A stretch of 63,121 nt of DNA, the filler included, from Atractiella rhizophila (Eukaryota): the NCBI GenBank assembly GCA_021432655.1. It is 5 parts of 5 records of this genome, joined end to end, with 100 filler letters (N's around TTAATTAATTAA, not from the genome) between each part and the next. Parts side by side here need not be neighbours in the genome. Positions count along the whole stretch, not along the records: positions 30,785 to 54,395 come from MU271211.1; 4 more parts are not named here. One strand, 5' to 3'. The position numbers and the translations under genes are program-made. Below the pieces are notes generated by a model. It worked only from the letters and a program-made list of their open reading frames with translations, was not told the DNA's origin and made no database searches. Each line of letters starts with the position of its first letter. The stretch's first letter is position 1. This document shows positions 38,601-51,893 of the stretch, piece after piece.

Positions 38601-40546
38601 AAGGACGGTCTGCAGTTCTTCCTCTTCCTCGTCTCCATCCTTCCTCTTTCCCTTGCCAGTCAATGGTGTGATCCTTTCACCTGCTTCATGCTCAGCATGC
38701 AGATGTGGCAAAGGCAGAACCAAACCTTTTGAATCGATGTCTGTAATTCTGACTTTCGTATCACCATCCTTCCACATTTCTTCAAGCTTCGTCACTTGTT
38801 GAAAGGTAAAGCTCCTTAGAGTAGGCGGCAACGGATTCGGGACCTAGAGGTGAAGGTCAACAAAAAGGCTGCAAGTAAAATTGATTGATCTGTACCTTGA
38901 CAAGCCAGGAGAGGAACTGTCGGTCCTCGATCAAAGGAGACCACTGAGAGGTATCCCAAACAATGTCTCTGCTCGATTGAAGGCTCGCGCAGGGTTGACT
39001 GCATCCAATGAGCAACAGCTTGCTACTGAAATTAAGCTTACCGGCACAGCAGAACCACAACTGTTTCGCTCTTTGCGGGAATGAATCCCAAAACAAAAAC
39101 ATTTTTCTGCCCGCAAGAGTAACATTCCGGCGTTGTTTCCCCTAGAGGACTTTCGCTGTGCAAGGTGACTTCTTTATGCTTGGACCGCACCAAATGATTG
39201 ATGATGTGGGAGGAATTCGTAGAGCTCGATGGAGTCTTTGAGTTGCAGAACCACTTGTTGCAGATGAGACACTTCAAGACGGCGGAAGGTGACGACAAGC
39301 CGCAATAGCTAATGGTGTGGTCAGCAAACGCTTTGGTAGTGTTATTATGTGATAACAATGATATTCTCGTGAGGCTTAATGTGCCTACACAGTTGAGGAA
39401 GTCGCCGTCACCTCGTTCCTTCATACGGTAGACCCAAGATTTCAGCAATGAATGAATAGTAATTCCCCCATGAAGTCCAATGCGCATGCATAATATGTCA
39501 AAGTATTCACATGAAGCTAAATGCTGCCATATCAAAGACCCTACAGAGATTCGCAGGTTGCACGAGGACTTCTTGCAAGCCATTACCGATATTGTTTCAC
39601 GACGTTGAAAGTGTCTTCGAGCGAAACAGAGACATTTGTCCGATTCTGATATGCATGAGGAGATTATGCACAACTCTCGAAGGGAGAGAAATGCTGTGGT
39701 AAGGAAAAGCAGGTTGGGCCACAATTGCCTAATGCATGACATAAATTCAAGCAATCGTATATCCTCTCAAACTTGCTCTAATGGTGGCACATCTCCTTTC
39801 CGTCAACGCGACAGATGCTTCATTACAACGTTCTATCACCTTGCATTGTGGGACAGCGAAGGATCATCCAGAGTCTTTCAGTTTGACCATGATGCTCATC
39901 GCATCATGTCCTCATTCTGTCATGGGCGCAGATCCAGAAGTGCTTTATAACCAGCTGAATAATTAGCACATAGGACACCAGTGCTTGAAGACTGGCTAAA
40001 TGGTATGAGTGGCTCAATCTGCAGCTCATGATACAGTTTCGATAAAAGAGCACTCAACAACTATGTACCGCAAGTCAAAACAAAGGCTGATACCACAAGA
40101 GGTGAACAGCTACCTCAACGGTCACGCTTCAAAATAAGAGGGAAGGCTGTCTTGATGGTGAAGGTCTGATGCTCGAACTGCCAGCTTTAAGTGAAGCTCA
40201 TCGCCAGGAAAAACGCTTTCATGTTCAACGCATTCCTCCGAGCGTTATCACTAACCTCTCTGCTGACAGACAGGGAAATCAAACGCAAAAAGGAAAGAAC
40301 GTACGAACAAGCCCATTCCTTTTCCTCCTCCACCTCTCTCACCCGACTCAAGTCTTCCAAAATTCTCTCATACTCCTCCTCTCCTTCCGCCTCCTCATCC
40401 AATTTGGCGTTCACAACGGATGCGGAAGTGCTTGTTCCTGGATGAAGGTGGGAATGCTGGGTTTCGACCTCGAGCGCGCTGAACGAGTATTGTGATGCTC
40501 CCTCGAGATGAGTATCAAAGGGATCGTGAGGTTGCGCGAAGGCCAT
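35682..40546 (-). CDS. UPF1: Nonsense-mediated decay RNA helicase Upf1/Nam7
   Basis: CH domain ([58 protein letters not shown]), [72 protein letters not shown]; first intron is 996 nt (39309-40304). Confidence 0.98.
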
Positions 40547-40952
40547 CCTGTAGAGCTGTTTCTGTCTGTTTGCAATTTGGTTTCGTTGTTTGTGGCTGGG
40601 CGCTTGTTTAACGAGTCAGTGACACTATAGTCTCTGATCAAACGTGCAAGCCGCAAACGTCGTCACGTCTTGTTTTTCTTTTCGTTGCCGTTCGGAACCT
40701 CAATTTCTCGCAAATGACATTTGGGATCTTGGTTGATTAAGGTGAAAGCGTGACGATGTGATTGACAATGAGATGGGGCAGAAATTGAACAACAAGTAAA
40801 AATCCAAGCGGGTATAAGATCGAACATCGAATATTATCGTTCACTTCCTTGCTTCCATGAAGAAGACCGGACAGGCAATAAACCACGGAACGTCAGATAA
40901 CACTTTTCTTGCCTCCCCCAATTCAATCCGACGAGAAGGATCATGACGATCA

Positions 40953-43716
40953 TCAATCGTGGATATCTTCATCTTTATCTCCAAACAACCGATCCAACGC
41001 CCGCCCAAAACGTCCAAAGTAACCGGTCTTCGTCTTGATTCCCTCTTTGATCTTCTCTTTCCTCGTCCTCTTCGGACGAGCCATTTTCTCCTCGAAATCC
41101 ATCATCTCTTCCAGCTCTCTCCGTCCCGTATCAAAGTCCATTTGGGGGATCGAAACGAATTTCGTTTTCATGTACAGTTTGTAGAAGGCGTAGAAGCCGA
41201 TGAAGATTGGGAGAGAGATGTAGGCGGCGATAAAGTCTGAAGCGTTGAAATTGCCTTTTAGGAAGACGTCGAAGCCGTTTAGAAACTATGGAAAGATTCA
41301 TGACAGGAAGTGGCCAACTCAAGAGAAACCCACAATGACTAGTGTGATAAAGTAGATGGAAAAGTAAGTGCCCCAAGGTTGGAATGGAGCTTTATAAGGG
41401 AATGTATCTCGATCCATCTGCGAGACTAGTTCAGATCTTGCCCTACATCAGCGAAGTACGAAACCAAATGCTGACCTTCCGTTGTTTTAGTCCGACATAA
41501 AAGCGCTATCCTCCCTCTCAGTGTCTCTTCCCTTAACTGTCAGCAAGGAGGTTACTCACGAGGTAAGTAAGGAGGATACACCACCATGTGATTAATCCTG
41601 TAATACTAGAGATATTGTACAGCCAACCAAACACAGAGTTACCTCCGCTACTAAGTGTGATGTAGGCAAGAGGTCCAAAAGCAGCAGAGAGGAGGATGCA
41701 GAACACTGGCAGTCCTCCGTCCGTGCAATATCTAAATATCTTCGGTGCCATGCCGATGGTGGCGAGACCGTATAACGTTCGACTGGCGATGTAAATGTCT
41801 GAGTTTCCCGCTGACCAGGCAGAAAGGAGGATGACTGTCCATCATCGCTCGGTCAAACCAGTTCGCTGGAGGAGATGCACAAAGTCATACCGGTATTGAC
41901 CACGCTCGGTAAACCGCTGATGCCCGCTCTCTGTTTCATTTCTTCGTTACTTTTCACTTCAAGTCTGAGGGAAGAAGAACGCACTCGAACAGCGATGACG
42001 AAGGGACTAGCATTCCCGTCACTCATTCCCGAACTTAGCAAAAGGTTCTCATCGTTGCTCGGTACGAGCAGACCAATGACCCAGACCGATCCGATGTAGA
42101 AGAGGGCGATTCGGAAGAAGACTCCCTTGATAGCTTTCGGGACATTCCGTCTCGGATTCGCCGCTTCTCCAACCGTCAAAGCTACAGTTTCCGTCCCTGA
42201 CCACCATAAGTATTAGATTGTAGTCTTGAGAAAATAAAAAGAGGAGCAACCATTGTAGGAGAAGGCCGCTTGGACGAACACGCTCCAGAATCCCAAGAAG
42301 CGACCCCATGCACCTCCAATCTCGTTGAATTGAACGAATGGGCCTGGATCATCCCAATATCTAAACCCAATGCGATCTTTCGTCGGTCCCTAGCCATCCC
42401 AGTCACGTTTGAGCTTGTCCTCTCAGGGGCAATGAAGTAGACACACTCCACCCAAATCCAGGATGATCCCTAGGAGAATAAGAGCGACAACAGCAGTGAT
42501 TTTAGTAACAGAGAACCAGAACTCGAGCTCTACGACCCAGTTCAGCATGCCATTGCTGCAGATGATGAGGAAGTAGACAGGTTACCTCCGTAAAAGCGGA
42601 CGCCAAGGAAGTTGAAGAAGAAGGCGGGGATGAAAGCGACGGTAATCCAGACCCCTGAGTTGATTGAGGTGGTCCAATAACGTATGACGAGGGCACAAGC
42701 CACGAGTTCGGTTGGTAGAGTTCTGGACCCACGATCAGTCTCCTAAGGCACTTCAAACAACAATCAGGAGAAGAAACACACATGGCATAGCTGTAAACTG
42801 TCCCACCACACACCACCATCACCCACAAGACGCGCCACCACCGTCAGCACAGCAGATTGAGAGATGAATAGGTGGAGACACTGACAGTATGTCCATCCCA
42901 AGGCGAAACCAAGTGCTGGGTCGACGAAGCGTGTGGCGTAGACTGTGAACGCACCGGAGACTGGGTACAACGCTGCAATCTCTCCTAGCGCCGTTAGGAT
43001 GTTGAAGACTACCACTCCCATGATGCTGTAACCAAGGAGAAGACCCAAAGGGCCACCGTTTGAAAGCGCATCACCTGTCCCAATGAAGAGACCGGTCCCC
43101 TATAGTCCCATGCATGAGGTTTAAGTGGTTTGGGCGAAGATGGGAGACGCACGATGGTGCCTCCAATAGCAATCATGACCAGATGCCGAGCCTTCAAATT
43201 TCTCCTCAGAACCGCATTGCTCGGCTGATTAGTGAAGTCGAGGAACCTGAACCGATTCCTGTGTCGAATGCTACCCTTGTTCCCACCCCCCATGATATCC
43301 TCTCCCGAAAGCGTTCTCTCATCCTCTCCCCCTCCCACAAAACTCCTAGCCTCATCGTCCTCGTCCGCAGTCTCGAAACTCCTCCTATAATTGTCATCCG
43401 CCAGTCCATTCCCATCCTCCCTCTGCGAATTCGAAATCACCGTCGCTGAATCGCTCGAGTTCGTCCGATGGAGTGCCAATCCTGCTCCTCCTGATCGGGA
43501 AAGGTCGTCGGTGGATGGAACGAAGGTCCTATATCCTCCCTCGTAGACGTAGGTCCCATTCTGACCGTCTTCGTTGAATGTCGGATATGCTGAACTGGTC
43601 GACGCTCCATTCGACGTAGACGGTCCAGAAATGTTGGCTTCCTCGTCAGAATCGTCGTCGAAAGGTCGACGCTCCTCGTCGTCGGTAGGCACAGGTCGAT
43701 AGCTGGTGGATGCCAT
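40953..43716 (-). CDS. Amino-acid permease (APC superfamily, YAT family; Dip5/Put4-like)
   Basis: [115 protein letters not shown]; long acidic N-terminal tail. Confidence 0.93.
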
Positions 43717-44552
43717 GCTAGCGGAGGAAGGGGTGGAGGAGAATCGGAGGGACAGAAAGGGAAGCAGAAAAGGAGGATGGGCGGGCGGGAGGAGGGATGG
43801 GAGTGATAAAGGAGTCTGAGGCGGAAGGAAGGAAGAGGGCGATGCTTCTCAAGGATTGCAGTGCTAAAACGTACAAGAGATCTCCTCAAAATACACGTGG
43901 ACAAACGTAGACCATCAATCAACCGAGATCAATCTCACGTACAGGTTGACATGAAGACTGGCGTGGGTCGTGCTGGAGATGATGTGGGTTATTGCTTCTA
44001 TCGTTGGGGCGTGGATAATGGCATTAATGACACTTGAATCACTCATTATCTACACTTTCAGGATGCTCCGACACGGAGCCGCCGCGCAGTTGACATGCTA
44101 TAACAGCGCAAGGAACGGAGAATTGCGTTGGAGGACAAGCATGCGAACCCGATTGTCCTCCAAATCCTTATCGCAGGGTTCAGTCCGACTGCAGGGCACT
44201 CAAAAGAAGCCGACAAGATTTCAAGGAGTCGTGACATAAGGCCGAGAAATAGTGAACAAGCACGTAAGTATCTCGAAGTAACAAGTCGTAACGCTGGGTA
44301 ACGTCAACAATTTTGTTCGCTGGTTTCCTGTTCTCCCGCTTGTATGTCTGTAGTTTTGCTGTAGTTTACTCCCTTGTACACGGACATAAATCTCGGAATC
44401 TAAATTTATTTCAATCTTAGTGAAATCTTAGTGAAAATGCCAAGCCTGAATCAAGTTCTCACTCCGACGTCATCACAACCAAATTGCGCAGACCAGCGCA
44501 AACTGTCACAGGTTTGTTCTACCTGTTGGTTGCAGTATTGGGTGCAATCACG

Positions 44553-47069
44553 ATGCGTTTCTTGCTCCGTCCAAGCAATGAGCTCTACCGAAGAGTTTTC
44601 TGCCGTTCAAATCCCTACCGTTGGTCTGTTCGACGTGCTTCTCTGCTCCAGGTGAACCCCTCCCAACCTCCTGGCGCGAATCTACAGCCTGGAGGTCCAC
44701 CACAGACGCCGAACGATTTCTCTCAAGCTGGCGGAGGGGGAGGGGGAGAGGGGAAGAGTGGCGGAAGTGGGAGGTGGGAAGGAATGGTGGATATTTCCGT
44801 TCAAACCATTGCTGGATTACTCATGGTCGCTGTTGGAGGGGTCGGTTCTTTCTTTACCTTCTCATTTGCCATCCTTGTATTTGATATTCTGCATGTGCGA
44901 ACAGGTTTCTTATATTAGTTGGTACAAATATAACATTCTTCGAAAGATTTGGAATGCATTTGAGAAAGGCTGGGATCCAGTGCTCGGTTCGTTCTTCTCC
45001 CGTGTTCAGTCCTCTCAAGGTTCTGACCCGAATTACCTGAGAAGAGCTCGCGAATGCATCCCGTCCGATCACTCACGAAGAGGACACCTTCCACTTTCGT
45101 CGGGAAGAGGAGGAGCTGATCGAACGCATAATGAACGGAAAGGCGGTAGGGAACTACTTTCTTATGCTTGGTCCTAAGGCATGTCTGTCACTCTTGTCCG
45201 TCGTCCTTACTTAGACTGAGAATACGTTGTGAGTGAAGGGAGTAGGAAAGACATCGCTGCTCATTGACGCCATGCGCAAAAACCAGGCGGATGGGGTTGC
45301 GGTCTGTGAAGCACCCGAAGGTTTGCATCCAATTCCTCGACTTCCCTCGTCATAAACTAGAAACCAATACCAATATACTGATATATTCGTAGGACAGATC
45401 CAGAGGTTTTTCGGCTGCGTCTGGGCAAAGCTCTCGATTTCGAATTTTATGAGGACTCGATTGTGCGTGCTCTTTCCGTCACTGCGTCGACTGTGCCTGA
45501 AATCGGAAGTCAGAACGGACTGTTCCAACGACGGGATCCGCGCGAGGCAGGTCCGATACTCGACATCGAAAGAGCGTTAAACAAACTCGAAAAGGTATAC
45601 TAGACATTTTATAGTAGAAACAACTGCATGGATCATTGAAATGTTTCTAGGTTGCCATAAAATTCCGAAAGCAGAGAGGCCGTCCGCTCGTTCTCATTTT
45701 CAACAACATCCACTTTCTACGCCACGTACGTCTCCATCACATCCCTGGCTGAGGCAAACTTGACTGTGGCTGAACGGACAGGAGGAAGATGGTCAAGGCC
45801 GAGCAATCCTTCACCTGCTTCAACAGAAGGCGGAGAGCTGGTACGTCTCATGCCGTACCTGTGACAATCCTGAATCGCAAAGAACAAAGGGCACAAGCTG
45901 GAGTGGTCACGTTCATCTTCAATAGCGATGATTCCTGGCCTTTCGACATGCTGAGTAACCATGTTCTATTTGTAAAGAAATAACCCAGAACTGACTGCAT
46001 TATCGAATGGACAGAAAAGACGGCTCATCGAATGCGCGTCATCTCTGTCACCGATTTAGATTACAGTTCGACGATGACGCTCATCAAGAAGAATCGAAAG
46101 AAACACTTCAACGAAGATCTGAGCGATGCTGATGCCGAACGGATTTGGGACCTCATCGGTGGTACGTTCATTTTTTGGACTGACACTACAACTAGACCAA
46201 CCTCTCGGTGGACAGGGCGGCCCAGTAAACTCGCACAAGTACTTTCGAGGAGGAACATGCTCGCTGCAGCGGAGGCAATGGTGCAATTTGAAGCGGACTG
46301 GTTGAATGCTAAGCTGGGTAAGCCTTCTTTGCTAGCCTCGCCTCTGCACTTACAACTCTCACCATTGTTCTATTCAGGCCTAATACCCGATCATGATGAT
46401 GACGTGACAAGTTCCCCTTTCGAATAATCCTAAAGTTAAGAAATGTGGATGCAGGTAATGGATGAACAAAAATTGAGTTCCTCCTCGTTCCTGCTCTTTC
46501 AGGAGCTTGTCAAACGAGCAGATGAGGCTGAGAAAGCCGCTCTAAAGGAGGGAAGAAGACTAGATGGTCAACAGTGTGGGTCTATCGCCTATGGGGAAGC
46601 GAGAGTGGTTATGACGCGTGCCGATTTCCTACCAATCCTGTATGTCCTTTCCTTCTCCATCCTGTCCCACATGAGGAATATTTTGAGACAGGGACCGAGT
46701 ACGTGATTTATATTGTTGGGATCTCTGTCTGACGTCGAGAAGGATTGTATAATCACTATCGACGAGAATCATAACGTACGAGCCGATGGTAGACTTATCC
46801 TAAACGTTCGTTTGCCGTTTTCCTTGTGTGACATTGTGTCTAATTGCAATCTGCAGGCAATGCGGAAGCTAGTCTACAGGGACAACTTTCAAGAGCACCT
46901 CAACAATGTTCGAGAACGCGTCGACGAGATTGAGAGGTATGCTCTGTCCTAAAAGGAAAGAGAGTCACTGATAGCAGTAATTAGCCTGCATCGCACTGCT
47001 GAGCTCACCTGGAAAGATAAGAGTATAATGCGAATAAGAGTTGCCAGAGATGACGATCGATTATGTTAG
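44553..47069 (+). CDS. Conserved fungal P-loop (ATPase-like) protein, probably mitochondrial and membrane-anchored
   Basis: Arg-rich N-terminus MRFLLRPSNELYRRVFCRS; one TM segment; Walker A YFLMLGPKGVGKTSLL; DPEVFRLRLGKALDFEFYED, DIERALNKLEKVA, RPLVLIFNNIH; many short introns. Confidence 0.78.
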
Positions 47070-47331
47070 CTTTACACTTGAATTTATGGACTGGACTGAT
47101 GAGCGGATTTGTTCTATGCTGGGGTTATCGTTCTTCAACTTTCTTCTCGTCATGTTCATAACTCAACAACATCATCTGCATGGATTAAATATTTTACGCG
47201 TCAAACATGGCAGTGCGGACACTCCACTATCTAACAGCGACAGCGAATGCTCCAAAGAAACATCCCAATGTAATGACGGTGTTGTGACAAAATTGTTTAT
47301 AACGGTATACTAGGCCTTACGTTGCAAGTCC

Positions 47332-47416
47332 CTCTCCTTAGCTCAGTTGGAAGAGCATCAGACTGTAATTGGCTTGTGGTATCTGGGTGTCCTCGGTTCG
47401 ATCCCGAGAGGGGAGA
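47332..47416 (+). tRNA. tRNA-Tyr(GTA) with 12-nt intron (47369-47380)
   Basis: Acceptor stem CTCTCCT/AGGGGAG; D arm GCTC-AGTTGGAA-GAGC; anticodon TCAGA-CT-GTA-A|intron|A-TCTGG; T arm CTCGG-TTCGATC-CCGAG; T6 terminator. Confidence 0.95.
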
Positions 47417-47618
47417 TTTTTTGCTTTTCTGTTACCTCCTTCTTTGGCGTTTGAACCCTGGTGCCATAAATCATCCGACCAGACGTCCCTTTGCCCCAAC
47501 AGCCTCATTTCTCATTTCTATTCCTCCTGCGCCTCTACTCCACTTTAGGACAAGTGTTCTCTTGTGGTGTTGCTTCGCCTGCTGCGGTTTAACCACAACA
47601 TTGGCTAACTTGAAACCC

Positions 47619-48982
47619 ATGTCGTCCCTTCTCGGTGCATCTCTCTGGACACTCCTCTTTCTTCCCACCCTCGCTCGCTCGTTCACAGTCCCCGTGGTCA
47701 TATGGCACGGACTGGGAGATAGGCATGATGCAGAGGGAATGTTAAGCCTCAAGGCGTCCATCGAGGACGAGTTTGGCGGAGACGTGTTTGTACATTTGGT
47801 GAAGATTGAGGAAGATGGGGAGAAGGACCAGTGAGTTCCCTCTGTGGCCTTTGTTTGAGAATGTCAACAAAGGGTTCTGGTCAATGAGCTGTCTCCTACC
47901 CCTTTGCACTTTGGACCGTTTCTTTTCCCTTCATTTCTCAGGCGGCGCCAGCATGATTTTTCTTTCAATTTGAATGATCTTCCATTCAATCCCTCCATTG
48001 TCTGCGAATTGCAGCTTAGTTCTTGTTCTTCAGACGTGCAACATTCTTCGGGTCGGCCAACGCTCAAGTCGAGCTGGTCTGCTCGCAACTACACTCCATT
48101 CCCGAGCTCGTCTCGCCCTCCCTAAACCCCAATCTGACCTTCGACGCCATTGGCTTCTCTCAAGGTGGCCAACTCCTGCGAGCTGTCGTCGAGCGTTGCA
48201 CTTCCCCCAAACTGCGAGTGCGCAATCTCATCACCGTCGGGTCTCAACACATGGGAGTCAATGCCCTCCCTCCTTGTGAATCTGGACCCAACTATGCATT
48301 GTGCAAGTTGATGAGCTGGCTTGCGAGGAGCGGCGTGTATAGCTCTTATGCCCAACGCGAAATTTTGCCCGCTCAGTATTTTCGAAATGAAGCGGAGCTC
48401 GAAAAGTATTGGGCTGCAAACCACTTCTTGAAGGTCCGTCCTTTAACCAGATTTACATAATGTTCTCATTCTTATTAGGATATAAACAATGAGCGAGAAG
48501 GAGACGGACATGTGGAGTCCTTTGGGTCCGCGGATGAGAAGAGAAATGAGACGTATAAAGAGAACCTCTTAACACTCAACAATTTTGTCATGTTTAATTT
48601 CACGTAAGGCATCCCTTCACTCTCACGTTCTGAAGCTGAACGTACGACCGATAACAGAAAGGATCAAACAGTCTCTCCTCCAGCATCGTCCTTCTTCACC
48701 CTTCCAGATCCCTCTGCTCCGTTTCTGCCTCTCCCACTTGCACGACTGCCGCTGTATTCCGAAGATTACATAGGGTTGAAACAGCTGCATGAGCGCGACG
48801 CTCTCTGGTTTGGCACATGTGATGGCTTCCACATGCAAATCGATGAAGCGTGTTGGAACCAAATACTCAGCTGGTTAGGTCCGCAAGGAGCAAAGAGAGG
48901 GCGAAGTGATGGGACTTGGGACGGAGGGAGGAAGAGTGTGATGCCGGAAGAGGAACGGCTAGTTTTTCAAGCTTGGAAATAG
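47619..48982 (+). CDS. Palmitoyl-protein thioesterase 1-like
   Basis: Signal peptide; PVVIWHGLGD, DAIGFSQGGQLLRAVVERC (Ser), NLITVGSQHMGV, PAQYFR, FLKDINNER, KDQTVSP (Asp), LYSEDYIGLKQL, CDGFHMQI (His). Confidence 0.92.
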
Positions 48983-49159
48983 CTTCTTGGTGTATTGTGC
49001 CGCTCTTTCAGATACGAATCCGTTCTGTAGCTCAACGAAGCAGGGTTCCACAAGAACGGCAAACATTGATCCGCCATCTTTCAGACTTGGCTGCAGAAGT
49101 GTAATGGCAGCCAGGACAGATACGTGGCGTATATTCCATAAAATCGATATAGCAATATA

Positions 49160-50936
49160 TTACAGCAAACCTTGGCGACGTAGATCTTCGAACGTCTATA
49201 TCTCCGGTTAGCGAGTAAATAGAGAACGAGAGAGAACCTACTTTGCGGTTATATACGTTGCCCTCCTCATCCTCAAGCTCTTCCATCGTCTCAGTTGATA
49301 ACACTTCTTGCTTGCCTTCAGCCTTTAGCTTCTCAGCCACTATATCCATCAAATATCAGGACGTGACGCCGAGGGACAAAACAACAACGTACGGGCAATG
49401 GCATCCTCAATTCGAGTAATTTCATGGAAGTGTCTCGTATTGGGTAGACCCAACGCACGCATTCCGAAAGCATGACGAGATTCCTGGAAATGCCGCTCGA
49501 AGTTTTTCCTAATTACTTGTTAGCCGGCGCCGCAAGAAGTACCTGGAAATGGTGCTTACCGACCCATGTAGACGTGGTCTGAGCAGATCTCACAACGGTA
49601 CTCCACACCCAACCCATGCAACTTGTAAAGCCAATATGGGATAGGCTTCCCATCCCATCCCAATGGCAATTTGAGAGGATTGTAAATTCGCTCATCGTCG
49701 TCATCCTCATCCTCCTTCTCTTCCTTCTTTCCTTTATCCTTATCTTCCTCCACCTCAAGATCTGAATCCTCCTCCTCCTCAATCTCAGCCTGACGTTCAC
49801 GATCCGTCAGCGCCATCCGCCGTTCGACGTTCGCTTTCGTTTCGGAGCGAATCTTTTGGAGAGGAATAGGAGAGGACAAGAGGGAGCGGATGAGAGACTC
49901 GTATTTTGCGGCTTGTAGGTGGACGGATTTTGCGGCAGCACCATTTGAAACAGGCGTATTGCGAGATGATGTCGATGGGTTGGATTGAAGCGCTGCTGAC
50001 GCCTTAAGGTGCTTCTTGGAAGTCAAATGTGCATCGTAAACGGTGCGTTTCGAGTAATGTTTCTGACCTACAGACAACCTTAACCATCATTTGTGACAAT
50101 CGAAAAAAGGACATACAAGCTTCACACCAAACGCCTGCGTCGTCACCACCCCTTTCCCATCCTGGCAGCGTACCCTCAGCCCACTTCTCCTCAAACTCTT
50201 TCTCAGCTTTAGACACCACTGTGTCCACATCTTCAAGAGGAAAACCACGCTTGGAGAAACCCAAGAGTTCCTCATACAATTGCTTAACGTAGGCGACGTA
50301 GGTTTCGTTTTTATTGTTCTTCGCCACCGTTTCGAATTTTTCAAAGCCGTCAAGCCACTGGAGATAAGTAAACTTCTTTCCTGGTCGATTCGCCTTCTCT
50401 TCAACATCCCAAGTACCCATAATCGATCCGCCTTGGAGATTGAGGAACTTGTCTTGAAAGACGGCATTCAGGTCGATATAAGCACCATATTTTTCTTCTC
50501 CACTGAATAACCCGCCAACGTCCACCTCTCCAATCAACTTCCGCACAAGCTCATCATCCGTCTGCGGCTGCTCGAATGAAGATGGCGCATTCGGATACCT
50601 TCGATGATACTCTTTCAGTTTCCCCAGACGCTCATAGAATTCTCCAAGGTCACCACCGGCTACTCCTTGTCCTCCCAGTCGAAAAATCTCGTCCTTCATC
50701 AAGCCTTGTGGGTCCTGGTACAGTTGATGGAGTTGAGAGGACTGGGCACCCATCAGATTGATGAGCTGCGAGACTTTGTGCGCTGAAGTAAGAGCAGACT
50801 TCTGTTGGCGCTTAGTGAGTTGAGTGCCAGCTTCAGGGAGGGATATAAGGAGATTGGTCGCTGTCTGCTCGATCGTGTCCAGAGACAGATGGAGAAGAAG
50901 CGTCTGGTCGACAATGGAGAGCTGAGAGCCGGACAT
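49160..50936 (-). CDS. PRP9: Splicing factor 3a subunit 3 (Prp9/SF3A3)
   Basis: [40 protein letters not shown]...[78 protein letters not shown]. Confidence 0.97.
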
Positions 50937-51893
50937 CGCGAGAGAACGGTGGTAGGCGGTGAGGATACTAAGTGGAGAGAGATATTACAAGGCTACAACC
51001 TAGTCCTAGAGAACGTCACAGAGAGTTCAGTGTGTGTTGCTTCACAAAAGTATGAGGTTGTGAAAAGGAATGTTCAGCGCGCTAGCCGCCTCCAACAACG
51101 ACAGACTCGATACAATGGCGCAGTCTACACTGTCCAAACAGACGAGATGGAGCCAACGAGACAACCGCTCGCGTGAGACGCTAACAAGTTCACTCTGGCT
51201 CATCGTGCGCAAAGCCTTTCCCACCCCCAGGAACAGAAACTTACGGTAAATATATGAACTGCTGTCTTTTTTATCCCTACCAGCTCGACGTTCCACACTT
51301 GGCACTGCTCCTATCCTCAGCAATGTCGTTTTACTTGTTGGCGTTTTGGTGTTCTGTCCAGACGTTCTCAGCCCTGACCCTATATCAAGCAACCACACTG
51401 GAGCAAGAAAAGACCCAGCTGAGCACGGTTGACAACGACAGATAGTGCTTTGTTCTTCATAAATACGCAAGATAGGACAGCTCTAGCGAAGCAGCTAGGA
51501 CCACGCCGGGACATTGTTTGAGTTGAAGGTGCAGCATTGGCAATCACCCGTCGCGGGTAAGTACACTTTGTCACTTGATGTGGGAGTGAGGCTTTTGAAG
51601 CCTGTTACGCCTTGCCGAAACTGTAGGATGAAAGTCCTAGACTCTCATCAATACTCGGGGGTGGAGTGCTTCCGAAGCTACTACAGTTATCTCTTAGACA
51701 CTCTTTGCTGTCATCCCTCTGGCTCTTGAACTCAGAATGCTTCTATGTCGCGTAGGACCGCACTGATCCATGACTCCTCTCAGATAAAGAGCAGATCTTT
51801 CTCTAGACATCCTCTGTGTCGCCCACGGTTTTGGATTATTGCTGCGAACCAGGACCTCACGGAAATCTGCCAAGCACCCGACCCGAATCCACA

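Noticed and set aside
51570..51645. Hammerhead-ribozyme-like fragments (GAAAC, GATGA)
   Set aside because: No CTGATGA core with compatible flanking stems.
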